From Raja brachyura (lineage: Eukaryota), in the NCBI GenBank assembly GCA_963514005.1, contig OY740813.1:24676001-24740000 (forward strand): DNA of 64,000 nt, in the 5' to 3' direction. Position 1 is the first letter of the stretch; each line of letters opens with the position of its first letter. The position numbers and the translations under genes were made by a program. The notes under the pieces are model-generated. The model made no database searches and was not told the origin of the DNA. It saw only the letters and a list, made by a program, of their open reading frames with translations. This document shows positions 51,508 to 64,000 of the stretch, in pieces.

Positions 51508-51930
51508 TAGACTTTAGGGATACAGGCCCTTCGTCCCACCGAGTCTGTGCCAACCAGCGATCGCCCCGTACACTAGCACTATCCTGCAAACTAGGGACAA
51601 TTTACATTTTTTACCAAAGCCAATTAACCTACAAACCTGTATGTCTTTGGAGTGTGGGAGGAAACTGGAGCACCTGGTGAAAACCCACGCGGTCACAGAG
51701 AGACCATAAAAAAAACTCCATAATTATGGCGCCCGTAGTCCGGATTGAACCTGGATCTTCATGTAGGAGAGAACTGCAGATGCTGGTTTAAATTGAAGGT
51801 AGACACAAAATACTGAAGTAACTCAGCGGGTCAGGCAGCATCTCTGGAGAGAAGGAATGGGTGAAGTTTCGGGTCGAGACCCTTCTTCAGACTGATCTCA
51901 AGCGCTATAAGGCAATAACTCTACTGTTGG
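51508..51930 (-). mobile_element. tRNA-derived SINE interrupted by a Penelope-pLTR mini-element (~51760-51893)
   Basis: SINE body breaks at GAACCTGGATCT and resumes at GATCTCAAGCGCTATAAGGC. The insert carries a hammerhead core at 51863-51890(-) with one substitution. Confidence 0.85.
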
Positions 51931-53667
51931 CATGGATAAGGTAGAGTTTCTCTACTCTGATAATATGAAGTGATTCAGCTGAGAGAAATTGCTTTTAAAA
52001 AGTTGAGTTGATTAGCAATGGAACATGATTAAAATGAAAATACCTAGCAAAGTATTCTTCCTGACAGATAAATACACAAATTTCAAATTTGAATTGGAAA
52101 AACAGCTGACGTAGGAATATGGAGAAATTGCTAAAATTAGTTTGGAACGGCTGGATACTATCTATAACAAATAAAAGAATTGAACACTTTTGTCTACCTT
52201 CGATTTTCCAGCATCTGCAGTTCCTTCTTAAACAAAGAATTGAACCTATTCAAAAGGGGATTATTCTACTCTGCCGAGGTTCTGAGCAGTTACTGCCTCC
52301 TGTGTTTCAAAAATTCACATTTGGGCTCCTCCATTGAGATTTAAATTTGTCCTGGTTGAGAATCCTTTTATATATGCTGGAACTAATTGTATACTATCAA
52401 TTACATTTGGATGATAAGAACCACAGTCGCAGTTTATGGAACAATTCTAGTAATCTCTTGTACATTCAGTCCTCTAGATAAAATTAAAAAATGTCAACCT
52501 TGCTCTCTTGAGTGATGAACAGTGGCCTGTTTTTAATTATAGTAGTTAGAAGGTGAGCCATTTTATGTAAATCTTGCACATCCCCAAGTTGATTGGAAAA
52601 TAGTCCATGTTGTTCTTTTGTGTAAGAAAGACATCCAGGACAAACCAGGAAATTCTATGTTGGTGAGTCTTGCATCAGGGCGAGAGATATTTGGAGAAGA
52701 TCCTTTTGTTTGTGGGTGGCCTCTCACAAATTGTATTGAGTTTTTTGAGGCGGCAGCGGAGATGATTGATTTAGGCGGTGCAGCGGGTGTTGTTTGCATG
52801 GACTTTAAAGTATTTTTTAGTAAAGCACCATTTGTAATGTACATCAGTCTGTTTCAAATGAATGGCTTGAATGGATGTGGGAGACAACTCGGTATGTTTG
52901 TGAATGACTGAAGGACGGAGTTGTTAATAGTGTGGAAAATAGTAAGCTGCACAGAGAGATTGATGTGTTGGTGCAATGGGCATAAGTATGGCAGTTAAAG
53001 TTTAATCTGATCTAATCATGGTGAAAGAATGGGGCGACTGGGCTTGTATTCACTGGAATTTAGAAGGATGAGAGCGGATCTTATAGAAACATATAACATT
53101 CTTAAGGGATTGGACAGGCTAGATGCAGGAAAAATGTTCCCCATGTTGGGAGAGTCCAGAACCAGGGGTCACAGTTTAAGAATAAGGGGTAGGCCATTTA
53201 GGAAGGAGATGAGGAAAAACTTTTTCACCCAGAGAGTTGTGAATCTTTGGAATTCTCTGCCACAGAAGGCAATGTAGGATAATTCAATGATTGTTTTCAA
53301 GAGAGAGATTTAGCTCTTGGGGCTAACAGAATCAAGGGATATGAGGAAAAAGCGGGAACGGGGTACAGATTTTGGATGATCAGCCATGATCATATTGAAT
53401 GGCGGCGCTGGCTCGATGGGCCGAATGGCCTACTCCGCTTATTTTCTATGTTTCTAATACAGACAAATGTCAGATGATGCACTTTGGGAATATTAATTAG
53501 GCTAGGAGTTGTATGTGAATGTTACGGTCTTAGAATATTGAGGAACAGAGAGATTTTGGAGTCAAAGTCCATAGGTTTTGAAGGTAGCAACACAGGTAGA
53601 TGATGTGATTAGGAAGGCATGCGGGATACTGACCTTCATTATTTAAGGCATCAAATACAGAAGTAGA

Positions 53668-53885
53668 CACAAAATGCTGGTGTAACTCTGAGGGTCAGAC
53701 AGCATCTCTGGAGAAAATGGATAGGTGATGTTTCAGGTTGGGATCCCTCTTCGGTCTCTAGAAGGGTCCCCTGATCTGAAACATCACCTATCCATTTTCT
53801 CTAGAGATGCTGCCTGACCTGCTGAGTTTCACCAGCATTTGATGTCTATCTTTGGAATAAACCACCATCTGCAGTTCATTTTTAT
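53668..53885. mobile_element. Fold-back Penelope-pLTR mini-element (older)
   Basis: ACACAAAATGCTGG..GATAGGTGATGTTTCAG / CTGAAACATCACCTATC..CCAGCATTTTGATGT inverted arms; imperfect TSD ACAGAAGTAG / ACAGAGGTAG. Confidence 0.8.
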
Positions 53886-54932
53886 TAAAACAGAGGTAGG
53901 GTGGTAAGGCTGCAACTTTATGAAGCATTGGTCAGACTGCAGCTGTTTCGGTCATCATGCATTGGGTAGGATAAGGCAGCACAGATTTTTACATTTCAGT
54001 TCCATAGAGAGGCTGAAGAAACAAGGTCTGGCCACCCTGGAGCTAAGAGGGGCATTGTTGTAGTGTGTAAAATTGAGGGTATAGATAGGGTAGACTTCAG
54101 GTCATGTTTCACCATATCAGTGGTAGTTAAAATAGAGGACATTGATTTTGCATAAGGGGGGATAAATTAAGAAGAGATATCAGGGACCACTGACATCCAA
54201 AGAGGCAAGAACCTGGAGGGCACTGCATGAAGGAGCGGGTGAAGGTGGGTTACCAACAGCATTTAAGAAGTGTCCAAACATGAATTTCCTATGAATTGAA
54301 GTGTTGCGAGATGGGATTGATACAGATGGGTGCTTGATGTTTCATGTGGATGATTTGGGCTGATTGGTCAGTTTCCTAGTTGTATGATACCGTGTCTCTA
54401 TGACTTTATTTGACATGGTCCCTCATGGTAGACTAGTCTAGAAGATCAAATTGCATGGAATCCTCGGTGAGTTGGTAAATTGGCTCCAACTTTGGGTTGG
54501 ATGAAGAAGACAGACGCTGGTGGTAAAAGGGTTGCTTTTCTGACAAGGTCTGTGATCTGCAATGCAAGGATCAATGCTTCGATATCTATTGTTTCCAATA
54601 TATATAAATGATTGAGATGAAAATGTACGTGGCCTGATATTAAGTTTGCAGTTGATACGAAAATTGGTGAAGTTGAGTTCAGCAATGAAGATTGTCAAAG
54701 AACACAGCAGAATATAGATCTGTTGTAGATATGGGTGGAGAAATGGCAGATGGAGTTTAATACGGACAAGTGTGGGTGATGCATTTTGAGACCTCAATTG
54801 CAAGATAAAACTGTACATTAAATGGTTGGACCTTATGGAGAATAAATGTTCAGGACCCTTTTGGGTGTAAGTCCATAGCTTCCTGTAGGCAGCAATGCAA
54901 GTGGATAGAGTGGTAAAGAAGGTGTATAACAT

Positions 54933-55087
54933 GTAGAAACAAATAACTAGATGCTGGTTAATACACAAGGACACAAAGTGCTGGAGTAACTCAGCAAATC
55001 CGGCAGCATTCCTGAAGAACATGGATAGGTGATGTTTCGGGTCACCTATCCATGCTCTCCAGGGATGCTGCCTGACCTGCTGAGTTA
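54933..55087. mobile_element. Fold-back Penelope-pLTR mini-element (older)
   Basis: AACTCAGC..CATGGATAGGTGA / TCACCTATCCATG..GCTGAGTT inverted arms; ACATG on both flanks; inside CR1. Confidence 0.78.
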
Positions 55088-57352
55088 CATGCTTGCCTTC
55101 ATCAGTCCCTGCAATTAGTATAAAAGTGAAAGTGTAAGAGTAAGGATGTCATGTTGCAAGTCATGCCATGTTTGGAGTTTTGCATGTACTGCTGGTTGCC
55201 CGTTGCAGGAAGGATGTGGAAGCTTTGGGGAGGGGGAAGAGGAGGTTTGCCAGAATGTTGCCTGGATTAGAGGGTATTGGTGGTAAAGAGAAGTTGGTTT
55301 GTTTTCTCTTGAGTGTTGGAGGCTGAGGGGAGACTTGATAGTAGTATATAAAATGTTGAGATGCCTAGATAGAATAGACGGTCAGAATCTTTTCCCCAGG
55401 GTTCAAATGTCAAAGACTAGAGGGCATAGTTTTAAGGTCGGAGGGAAAACATTTGATGGAGATGTATGGGGAAAGTTTTTAGACACACCCGAGTGGTGGT
55501 TGCCTGGGTGAGAGAGTGGTGGTGATGGAAGCAGATCTGATTGTGGTGTTTAAGAGGCTCTCAGATGGGCACATGGATATGCAGGGGGGTGGGTAGACAT
55601 GGATCACATGCAGTTCGAAAAGATTAGTTTATTTTGGCATCATCTTCAGCAGCGACATTGAGGACTATGTACTTGCTCCTGTGCTGTACTGTTCTATAAT
55701 ATGTATTATCAGCAGAAAGAGCAAAAAAATTGTTTAAAATATAAACACTTTTGGTTTGTATGTATGTAGTTCAATATTCAGAATTCATTAATTTGTAGAA
55801 AGCATCTCCATTTTAAATTTATAGTAGGTCAGGTTGAACAGTAGGTAAGCAGCTTGTACAGTGCTGGGAGGCAGGTTTACAGATGGATCCTCCATATCAA
55901 CATGGTTATCTTGTGCTTATAGCAGGAGGAGGCATTGAATGAAGGCAAGGCATTGCTTGCAAAGAAGGGTAAAATAATTGAAGGATTAAATGGATAAATG
56001 AAGTGCACATGGCGTTTCTGCACCTTGACCGCTGGCCTGAGAGGGGCCATATATTGAAGCTTTGTGAACGGGTCTGGTCTTGGCATTCATTGAACCTTCG
56101 TAACTACTTTTGAAATGTTGCGTGCTTTCTTGGAATTTTTTTCTGCAGAGATCAATAAAATAATTTGTATTCTACAAGTTAGACATGATTATTTCGCATT
56201 GTCAAAGCAAACATTTAATCTAATTTGTGAAATTTACGTTAGTTAGTTATGTTAGTTAGGAGTGGATATTCTCGTATCTTGTAAAATGTGTGATGTGAAG
56301 ATAATATTTTATTTGAGAGACATGCATTGTGATGGCATTTTGACACTGGCAAACTGTGTCAATGTCCTTTGCTGACGGAAACCCATTGTGCTGCAGGATT
56401 TTAGTTGTCAGCATGCCATGGTTAGGGAGACATAGTCATGCTGCAACATCTGTGGAACATGCACAGAAAAAAGATCATTAAAACGTGTCAGTGTTCTCAC
56501 TCCCAACCTGTGGCATCTGGCAGCACAAAAGTATTGCAGAACTTGTTGGCACCTTAGTGTAAAGCGTCTAGTATGCTGGTATTGTGACAGCGCATCAAAA
56601 TAAATTGCTGTCAACAGGCCAAAACACAACTGCAACGCTTTTGCCTGACGTGTGAAGACTTAGACAGGCTGTCTTGACAAGATGTGGTGGTGCACCTGCA
56701 AGTGATTGGCTACAGTGATAAGAATCTGATTTATCTGACCTAACAATGAAGTTCGTACATCTATTGTAGTCGATTTTGATCATTTGCAGTTGAATTGCTC
56801 AGACGACTTAAAGAATTATGCATTATACATTTTAAACAAATGAACGTCGTTTAATCAGGTAGGGGGTCACTAAATTGGATATGATCAAAAGGAAATGAAA
56901 GGCTTTTGAACTAAATAAAGTGAACCATGAAATGGCATGAGGAAATATTATTGGATAGTCTGAACCTGTCTTCTGTTCTGAGCTGCTTGAATTGTTATTG
57001 CTAAGTTTAAGCATAATCTCCATCTGTTTTTTGTTATGCAACAACACGTTTCAGACAGTGTGTGGTCTTGTAAAAGGAATTGATTATTACCCTGTACCAG
57101 CTTTACTGATCCAAAAATGTGTTGAGTGTGCCATGGAGTAACTCTAGATGTGACTGTGTGGGAGTTTGTGGGAAATGTATGGCTTCCTAATTGGAGAAGT
57201 GCAAAGTATGCAGCATGTTAGATATTTCTTTTAAGGAGGACAGCAATATGTAATAAAGTTTTTGGGCTGCAAATTATTGTTAGTTATCTGGATTTAGAAA
57301 GAAGGTTCTTTCTTGAAATCACTATCCATTCTCGGCCGTATTGTTATTTTAT

Positions 57353-57596
57353 NNNNNNNNNNNNNNNNNNNNNNNNNNNNNNNNNNNNNNNNNNNNNNNN
57401 NNNNNNNNNNNNNNNNNNNNNNNNNNNNNNNNNNNNNNNNNNNNNNNNNNNNNNNNNNNNNNNNNNNNNNNNNNNNNNNNNNNNNNNNNNNNNNNNNNNN
57501 NNNNNNNNNNNNNNNNNNNNNNNNNNNNNNNNNNNNNNNNNNNNNNNNNNNNNNNNNNNNNNNNNNNNNNNNNNNNNNNNNNNNNNNNNNNNNNNN
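57353..57596. other. N block, 244 nt
   Basis: Direct read. Confidence 0.99.
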
Positions 57597-59979
57597 AAAT
57601 AAGGGCCACGCATTAATACCATAGTTATTTTGAAATTGAGCCACAAAGAACAAAATAGAATTTCTTTAAAAGTTTTTTTTTAACACATCTTTTTGCTCTC
57701 TATTAATTTAAGCACAGTTTGTATTCTGCTTTGAATTTGATGCCTAGACAAAGTTATTTTGCTGTTTCCCAGCCAATATGAATTTTTGACAAATTTAGTG
57801 TTAGAAATTAAATTACCGCTGTTTGACATTTTACATTTGAGACTAGTTTAATCTGTTTTGATTAATAATCAGAGAGCATCAAATTTAGAGAAATGTAATA
57901 ATGCGTTTTTATGGAAGCATGTCTCATTTAAATTAATTAATTTTGGGTTGTATGTATCCAGCCTAAATCCTTGCACAGTGCAAACTTTTCTGATGCATCT
58001 CATCAGTCGTATTACTTGAAAACCAAGACATGTTTTATTAATGGTCTTTCATGTCTTAAATTAACAGATGGCTTGTTCAGTCATCCTGCATTTCTTTAGT
58101 TTTGTGCCTGTGGTGTCTATTTTAACTTGGCTAGTACTGTGTGCTTGAACCACTGCGATAATATTGTTCTGTGGCGTTACGAGCTCTGATTATAGTCTAG
58201 TTGCTCCGTGGAAGAAAAAAGAACCAAATTTGGTAAATACCTTGTGCCTATGTAAACCTATACATATTGGATACAGTTATGCAAATTTAATATCTTCCAT
58301 TGAAACTCCAATCATACTTGCTTGTTTTCTTTTTTTGGGGGTATATTTGTAATTTTAGAATATTATTTCTTTAAACGGGCTAATCAACAGGCAGAGATGT
58401 CTTTATGTAAGTGATAGCTTCAGATAATCCCACAAGGTGTTTTAGATTGGTGTGAAGCTTTGTGTTGTGAGTTGAAGGAGATAGGCTGGGTTTGTGAAAT
58501 GGAAATTCCCATTGGAGCAGCAATGGGAATGCTTGAAGCTGCTACCATTTCCCATAATATTGAAGCAAAAAATGGATAGTATTAAGTGAATGTGTGGGGT
58601 AAACGGGAGCTGATTGATGTAATGAGACAATGATAAGAGGATGAGTGGCTCCTGATCATATAGTAGACTGGTTGGGAGCTCGTGCTTTGTGGCAGTGTAA
58701 CCCCCTGTGCCTGGCCGAGCGTCCCTTGTCGACATCTGGTACCAGTTGCAATACATCACTGTCAGAATTGCTTTCCATACATATCTGCATTTACACGTTA
58801 GTTACCCATGCAGCAGTCATCAAAAAAACCTGAACAGTCTTGACACCGTGTCCCTAGTGGAATTCTAAAGGTGAACCAAAGTTGGGAGGCACAGTGTCTA
58901 GCGTCACTGACTAGTGCACATTTAAGACACAAAACTTGATTAAAACTGAAAGCAAAAAATTATTATTGTTGTTTCTCCACTTTAAAGGAATCGATTTACT
59001 GTTCACATTTTATATATTTATCAAAACCATACAGGAAATAAAATTATTGAGTTAATGCTTTATTTCCCTTTGACGCTCTCGGTTAGAAATTTACTTTGGA
59101 AAGCATAATAAAATGTTTTTCCTGATAGCATCTGTCATAATCAGAATGGAAGTCTATTTACAAAATCTAGAAATTAAATGTGCATTGAAAACCATGTGAA
59201 TCTTCATTCTTGGAATTCCATCGATATTCAAAAAAACACCAATTAGTTTGTTTCATTTATTCTATTTGGTTCTGTCTCTCTGTTTGCAATGAAATAAATT
59301 AGAGTTATTGAAGATTGATTGTTTTCTAGGTATTGTAAAGTATAACATTTAAAATGATAAGACTTTGAGCTGATGTTTCAGATAGCTGGACAGAGAATAC
59401 AAACTGTAAAAACATTCTGCACATTTTTTGAAGGATTTAGATTTTCTGTTGAATGATGCACAGGTGCTACAGCTGTTCTGCACAATGTAGGAATAATTTG
59501 CACACGCTTAGAAACAGATTTTTGGTGGAGGTGCTGTCACTTGTAGTAATGGGATAGGTACTGACATCCTGCAAACATCAATATGGATTATAACTAAGCA
59601 TATGGTTACTACTGTGGTATTTGCAATATGTTGATGGAATTCACCCTTTCCTTTCTTAAACAAAATAGGCTCCCCTCACTGATAGTGGAAGATAAATTCC
59701 AGTGACTTGGTTATTTTAAGTAGCACTTTTTGTCCACTCTTTTTGAAAAGATTTGCTGATAATGTTGGGTTGACTAACTTGAATTGGTCTCTTGCTATCC
59801 TTGAAAGCAGTGGATTGTTGGGTTAACCTGCATTACATTCCAATTGGTCAAAACACAACATGCTGGAGTAACCCATTGGGTCAGGCAACATCTCTAGAGG
59901 GAATGGATAGTTAACATTTTGCGTCAGGAACCTTCTTCGAACTCAATATCGTCCATTTATTCATACCAGAGTGGATGTA

Positions 59980-60275
59980 GGGGCGGCACAGTCGAGTTGC
60001 TGCCTTACTGCTCAAGAGATCTGTGTTTGATCCCGACTCTGGACGCTGTCTGTATGGAGTTTATATGTTCTCCCTATGACCGCGTGGGTTTTCTCTGGGT
60101 GCTCCAGTTTCCGTACGACACTCTAAAGATGTACAGGTTTGTAGGTTAATTGGTTTCTGGAAATTGTAAATTGTCCCTAGTGTGTAGGATAGTGCTAGTT
60201 TATGGGGTGATCGCTGGTTGTTGTGGATGTGATGGGGCCCAAGGGAATGTTTCCATGCTGTATCTTAAAGCCTAA
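59980..60275 (+). mobile_element. tRNA-derived SINE
   Basis: GGGCGGCACAGT..GAGTTGCTGCC..TGTATGGAGTTT..TGTCCCTAGTGTGTAGGATAG..GTTTCCATGCTGTATCT. Confidence 0.85.
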
Positions 60276-60806
60276 AGATGCTGCTTCACCTGCTGAGTTA
60301 CTCCAGCATTTTGTGTTTTGTTCCAGATTACAGCATCTACAGTTCTTTGTGTGTACATTGCAATTGGAATTATTTTAGTGAAGGTTGTTGTGCTTTTGTT
60401 GAAGAAACTATTGGTGCCACATGCCCCAGAAGCCAAAAATCTGGAGCTAAAGTGAAACACTTTTTTTCAACAAATTCTTGATGACCTTTTTTATGAAAGA
60501 AAAACTTTACTTTGAAGTGAATTGCATGGCTCAGATAAAGGTTAAATTTCACGCTGACTATCTCCTTGTAGTCAATGAGGGCATTCTCATGATAAGATTT
60601 CAAAATCAAACCAGCAGGTGCTGGAAATACTCGGGTCAGGCAACGTCTGTGAAGGGAGAAACAGAGTTGACTTTTCAAGTCAGCGATCCTTCCTTCGAAC
60701 TGGAAAAATGTATTTTAAACTCAAAGTGGAGCAGAGGGTGATTGGGGGAAATATGACAAAGGGTATGTTATTGTTGGGGTAAAGACCGAGGTTGCCCAGT
60801 GCTAAA

Positions 60807-60897
60807 AGAAGGGTCTCGACCCGAAACGTCGCCTATCTCCTTCGCTCCTTAGATGCTGCTGCACCCGCTGAGTTTCTCCAGCTTTTTGTGTAACCCT
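60807..60897 (+). mobile_element. Young Penelope-pLTR mini-element
   Basis: AGAAGGGTCTCGACCCGAAACGTCGCCTATCTCCTTCGCTCCTTAGATGCTGCTGCACCCGCTGAGTTTCTCCAGCTTTTTGTGTAACCCT; about 1 mismatch to 1344-1434. Confidence 0.88.
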
Positions 60898-61770
60898 GCT
60901 TTTAGATAATGCTCTATTAGTCTTACTAATGGATGAATGAAAGCACTTCAAAGAAAGAAACACAAGGATATGCTGAAGATATCAGATGCAGAACAGGACA
61001 GTTGAAGGAAATCTGAAATGGAAGCGAATGCTGGAAATATTCTGCAGAGCAGGTTCCATTAGTGGAGAGTGAAAATCTGAGTTAGTTACAAATGGATGGC
61101 CTTGCAATGGAATTGGTCAGTCCTGATGTAAAATTCAATGAGATTGTTGCTTTTTAACTGCTTCACTGTTGTAATTGGTTGTCACACTAACCATTGCATG
61201 GAAGGTTTTTCTCCCTAGAAACAGGCGAGATAAATGTTTCTGATGAAGTAGAAAGGTCTTTAAGGAGAAGTTTGGGAGGATTGCTCACCAAGGTCTGTAC
61301 AGGGTTTCTCCTAGGCTAGCAAGAATATGGTTTGAAACTTAGTGTGTTTGAGAGGATTGGCAGAAGGCAGGGAGAACAGGAAAAACTGTGAGAAGTGGAA
61401 ACAGGTGGTGTGATAGAACATGTCTTACTAGAAGGCTATCTTCAAGGAGCAGTTCTCCTTCTTGCAAATTGAAGACAATGTGTGGGCCATCAGTGCTTCA
61501 AGTCTCATCATTGAAATGTAGCATTTGCTACAACTGCAGCATCACAGCAGCTAAGAGTAGGCTGCTCTGTTATATATAAGCTGATTGCATGGAGATGTGT
61601 TTAAAAACAAAATCATTTACTGGACGTAGGTGCCTCGGCCATGGCCAGCATTTATTATCAATTCCTTACTCCCTTTTGAGAAAAGGGAGTGAGGAAGTGT
61701 TGAACTTCCATCCAGTCCTTCTGCTGAAGGTATTTCCACTTTGCTCTTAAGATAGGAAGTTCCAGGATTT

Positions 61771-62637
61771 GTGGGAGTGGCGGCGCTGCCCTGGCAGCAG
61801 CGGCTCGCCTGCAGTCCGTCTGTTTTTCTTTTTTTTTGTTGTTTTCTTGTCTTGTTTTAGCGTGCTAATTTCAGTTATTATGTAGTGTATGTGTGTGGGT
61901 GGGGTGGGAGAAACGTTTAATCCCTTCCATTTGGGGGGGAGGCGACTTTTCTTGTCGTAGCCCCCGTCTCTGTCTCCGTCTGCGCTGAGGCCTAATGGCG
62001 GAGCTAACAGCCTCCAACTACCACCGACCTCAAGGCTCCGGAGGCAGAGCCAGCCAGGACTTACCAGCGCGAGGCTGGCCGACTTCGGGGCTGCGGCGGG
62101 TTCAGGCATTCCGGCGTTCCAGCAGCCCGACTTGGAGCTGTGGCGGCTTTCCGGTGGCGGTGGCGGCGGCAGCGACTTCGGAGGTTCGGCCGCGGGCCCA
62201 GTGGACGACATCGTCGGGAGCTCGCAGGTCACAGGTTGGTGACCTGTTTTTCCGGAGCTCCCACGGCAACAGCTGCGTTCGCTGGACTGGAGGGCGGCAG
62301 CTTCGACCGCCCCGGGTTGAACCGGTCCGTACGCGGAGCGCGGTTCAGCCGCGGGACTTATTTACATCACCCAGTGCGGTCACAATATCGGAGGCCTGGG
62401 TCGCCTCAGCGCAGAGGAAGGGGAAGAACAAGAAGGGAAGAGACAAAGACAAGATTTTTGCCTTCCATCACAGTGAGGAGGTGTCTGGTGAACTCACTGT
62501 GGTGGATGTTAAATATGTGTTTATTGTGTGTTTTGTTATTTATTAAATGTATGACTGCAGGCAATGAAATTTCGTTCAGACCTCAAGGTCTGAATGACAA
62601 TAATGTTTTCCATGATTCCATGATGATTCCATGATTT
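61771..62637 (+). mobile_element. Unclassified CpG-rich non-coding retro-insertion (~870 bp) within an old minus-strand LINE
   Basis: Sharp GC/CpG step. 3' end GAAATTTCGTTCAGAC..GTCTGAATGACAATAA plus (CCATGATT)n tail. Host LINE-like sequence on both sides. Confidence 0.65.
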
Positions 62638-63864
62638 AGATTTGGTGAGAATGAAGAAACAACATATTTTCTTGGTGACTTGTGTAGTTGTTTAGCAAGG
62701 TAAACACAGTCCCAATCAATTGGGCTGCTTGTCCTGATGGTCTGGATATTTGCAGCATCACATGGTTTTCCATTCTCTATGGTGAAAGGGAGGTTGTTAA
62801 ACCACTTTGAACGAAGATCACCAACTATATTTTGTTCACTTTGTTAGAGACCAAAACGTTGACAGACCACACTACTTGGCAGGAGTGACCATGGTACATT
62901 AAATGGCGGTGCTGGCTCGAAGGGCCGAATGGCCTACTCCTGCACCTATTTTTAATGTTTCTAATATATATATTAAATCCCAGTCCATTTTGTAATCCAC
63001 AGACATAATGGGGGCATTTTGTGTTGGCAGCTGATATCTTTGTTCTGCACATCCATTGGAAGTTCAATGACGCAGGTGGCTGCTGGTGCTTGTGTTGTGA
63101 AACTTGTGATATAACTTGTTAGATTTCTGTGTGTGTATGCGTGACTGGCTCTAACTCACACTGTGTTAAGGGCCATGGTAGCCCTTAAGGGACATGGCTT
63201 TTGCTTTCCAAGGTTAGGTGAGGAATAAATTGTTCATGTTCCTGTTCTTGGTTTCTGTGCAATGACCTTTGATTGATAGCCACGCTATAATGAGAAAGTT
63301 GGAAAAAAGAAAATGTGTTAAAAGAGGAGCATTTGGCAACAATGCATGTTTAGTGTTCAAATAACAAGAAGTTATAAGCATAATTTCCGAATCCAACTAA
63401 GGTTCTTATGGCAATGTGCAGTTTTTCGGCTGTGCTTTGTAAACATCATGATAATAAAATTATATTAAAATGGTCTATTTCACAGTAGATTATCAGCACA
63501 CTGCTCATTCTTTGTTTATTGTTTTGGACTTTGGGTACAACTTTATGAAGTTATTGCACTTCACCAAACTCCAGCAGCTGCACCATGATACAAGATATAA
63601 TTTGAACCTTCTCTGACTTGCGCTTGCTCCTTCCTTTTCCGTACTGTCCTAATAGTTAAATCTATCTCTATTGTAAATATGTCTACATTAAATTAAATTG
63701 GGAATAAAGTTGTACAATCAGAGGCGATTATATTTACTTCACCCATCCACCTTTACCTCAGACTTGCATATCCCAAACATGTTGCATCTAAATTGAAGCT
63801 GCCAACCAAACCAGTTGTCATTCTGTCCCCATATTTAAACAATGCATTTTGCAACTTTTTGTGT

Positions 63865-64000
63865 CTAGTTTAGTGATACAGCGCGGAAACCGACCCTTCG
63901 GCCCACCGAGTCCGCGCTGAATAGCGATCACCCTGCACACTAACACTATCTTACATACACACACGAGAGACAATTTACATTTACACCAAGCCAATTAACC
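63865..64000 (-). mobile_element. tRNA-derived SINE 3' part (runs off window)
   Basis: GATACAGCGCGGAAAC..CCTTCGGCCCACCGAGTCCGCG..CACACTAACACTATC. Confidence 0.85.

Larger units (their letters stand above)
52580..55700 (+). mobile_element. Nested cluster of CR1 LINE fragments
   Basis: Old CR1 RT (MDFK..FSKA; MHFG) split by a younger CR1 3' end ~53015-53455 (LGLYSLEFRRMRADLIETY..SRTRGHSLRI..NLWNSLP). A second CR1 at ~54405-55700. Both host fold-back mini-elements. Confidence 0.85.

Noticed and set aside
61747-62634. 161-183 aa ORFs on both strands
   Set aside because: GC-rich repeat with low stop density; no motif or splice support.

Overview
Vertebrate nuclear DNA, most likely from a cartilaginous fish (skate/ray type; inferred only from the repeat families). 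The window holds the 5' end of the TALE homeobox gene PBX3 on the + strand: a CpG-island promoter, coding exon 1 (17793-17992), exon 2 (18189-18262) and more than 45 kb of intron 2. No exon 3 was seen. About 13.5 kb upstream and the distal intron are dense in decayed retroelements (CR1, Rex1/Babar, L2, Penelope-like, tRNA/V-type SINEs), with two Harbinger-type MITEs and one full-length but dead Tc1 transposon. About 18 kb around the promoter has no repeat I can recognise. Main points: (1) roughly 20 short Penelope-pLTR-derived inserts, several carrying an intact minimal hammerhead-ribozyme core, some young, with target-site duplications and fold-back architecture; (2) a 53-bp-period promoter minisatellite built of CCAAT + GC boxes; (3) three ~200-245 nt N blocks in unique intronic DNA that may be masked ultraconserved elements; (4) PBX/HOX/MEIS motif clusters suggesting autoregulation. 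Repeat boundaries were read by eye and are approximate. No database search was run.
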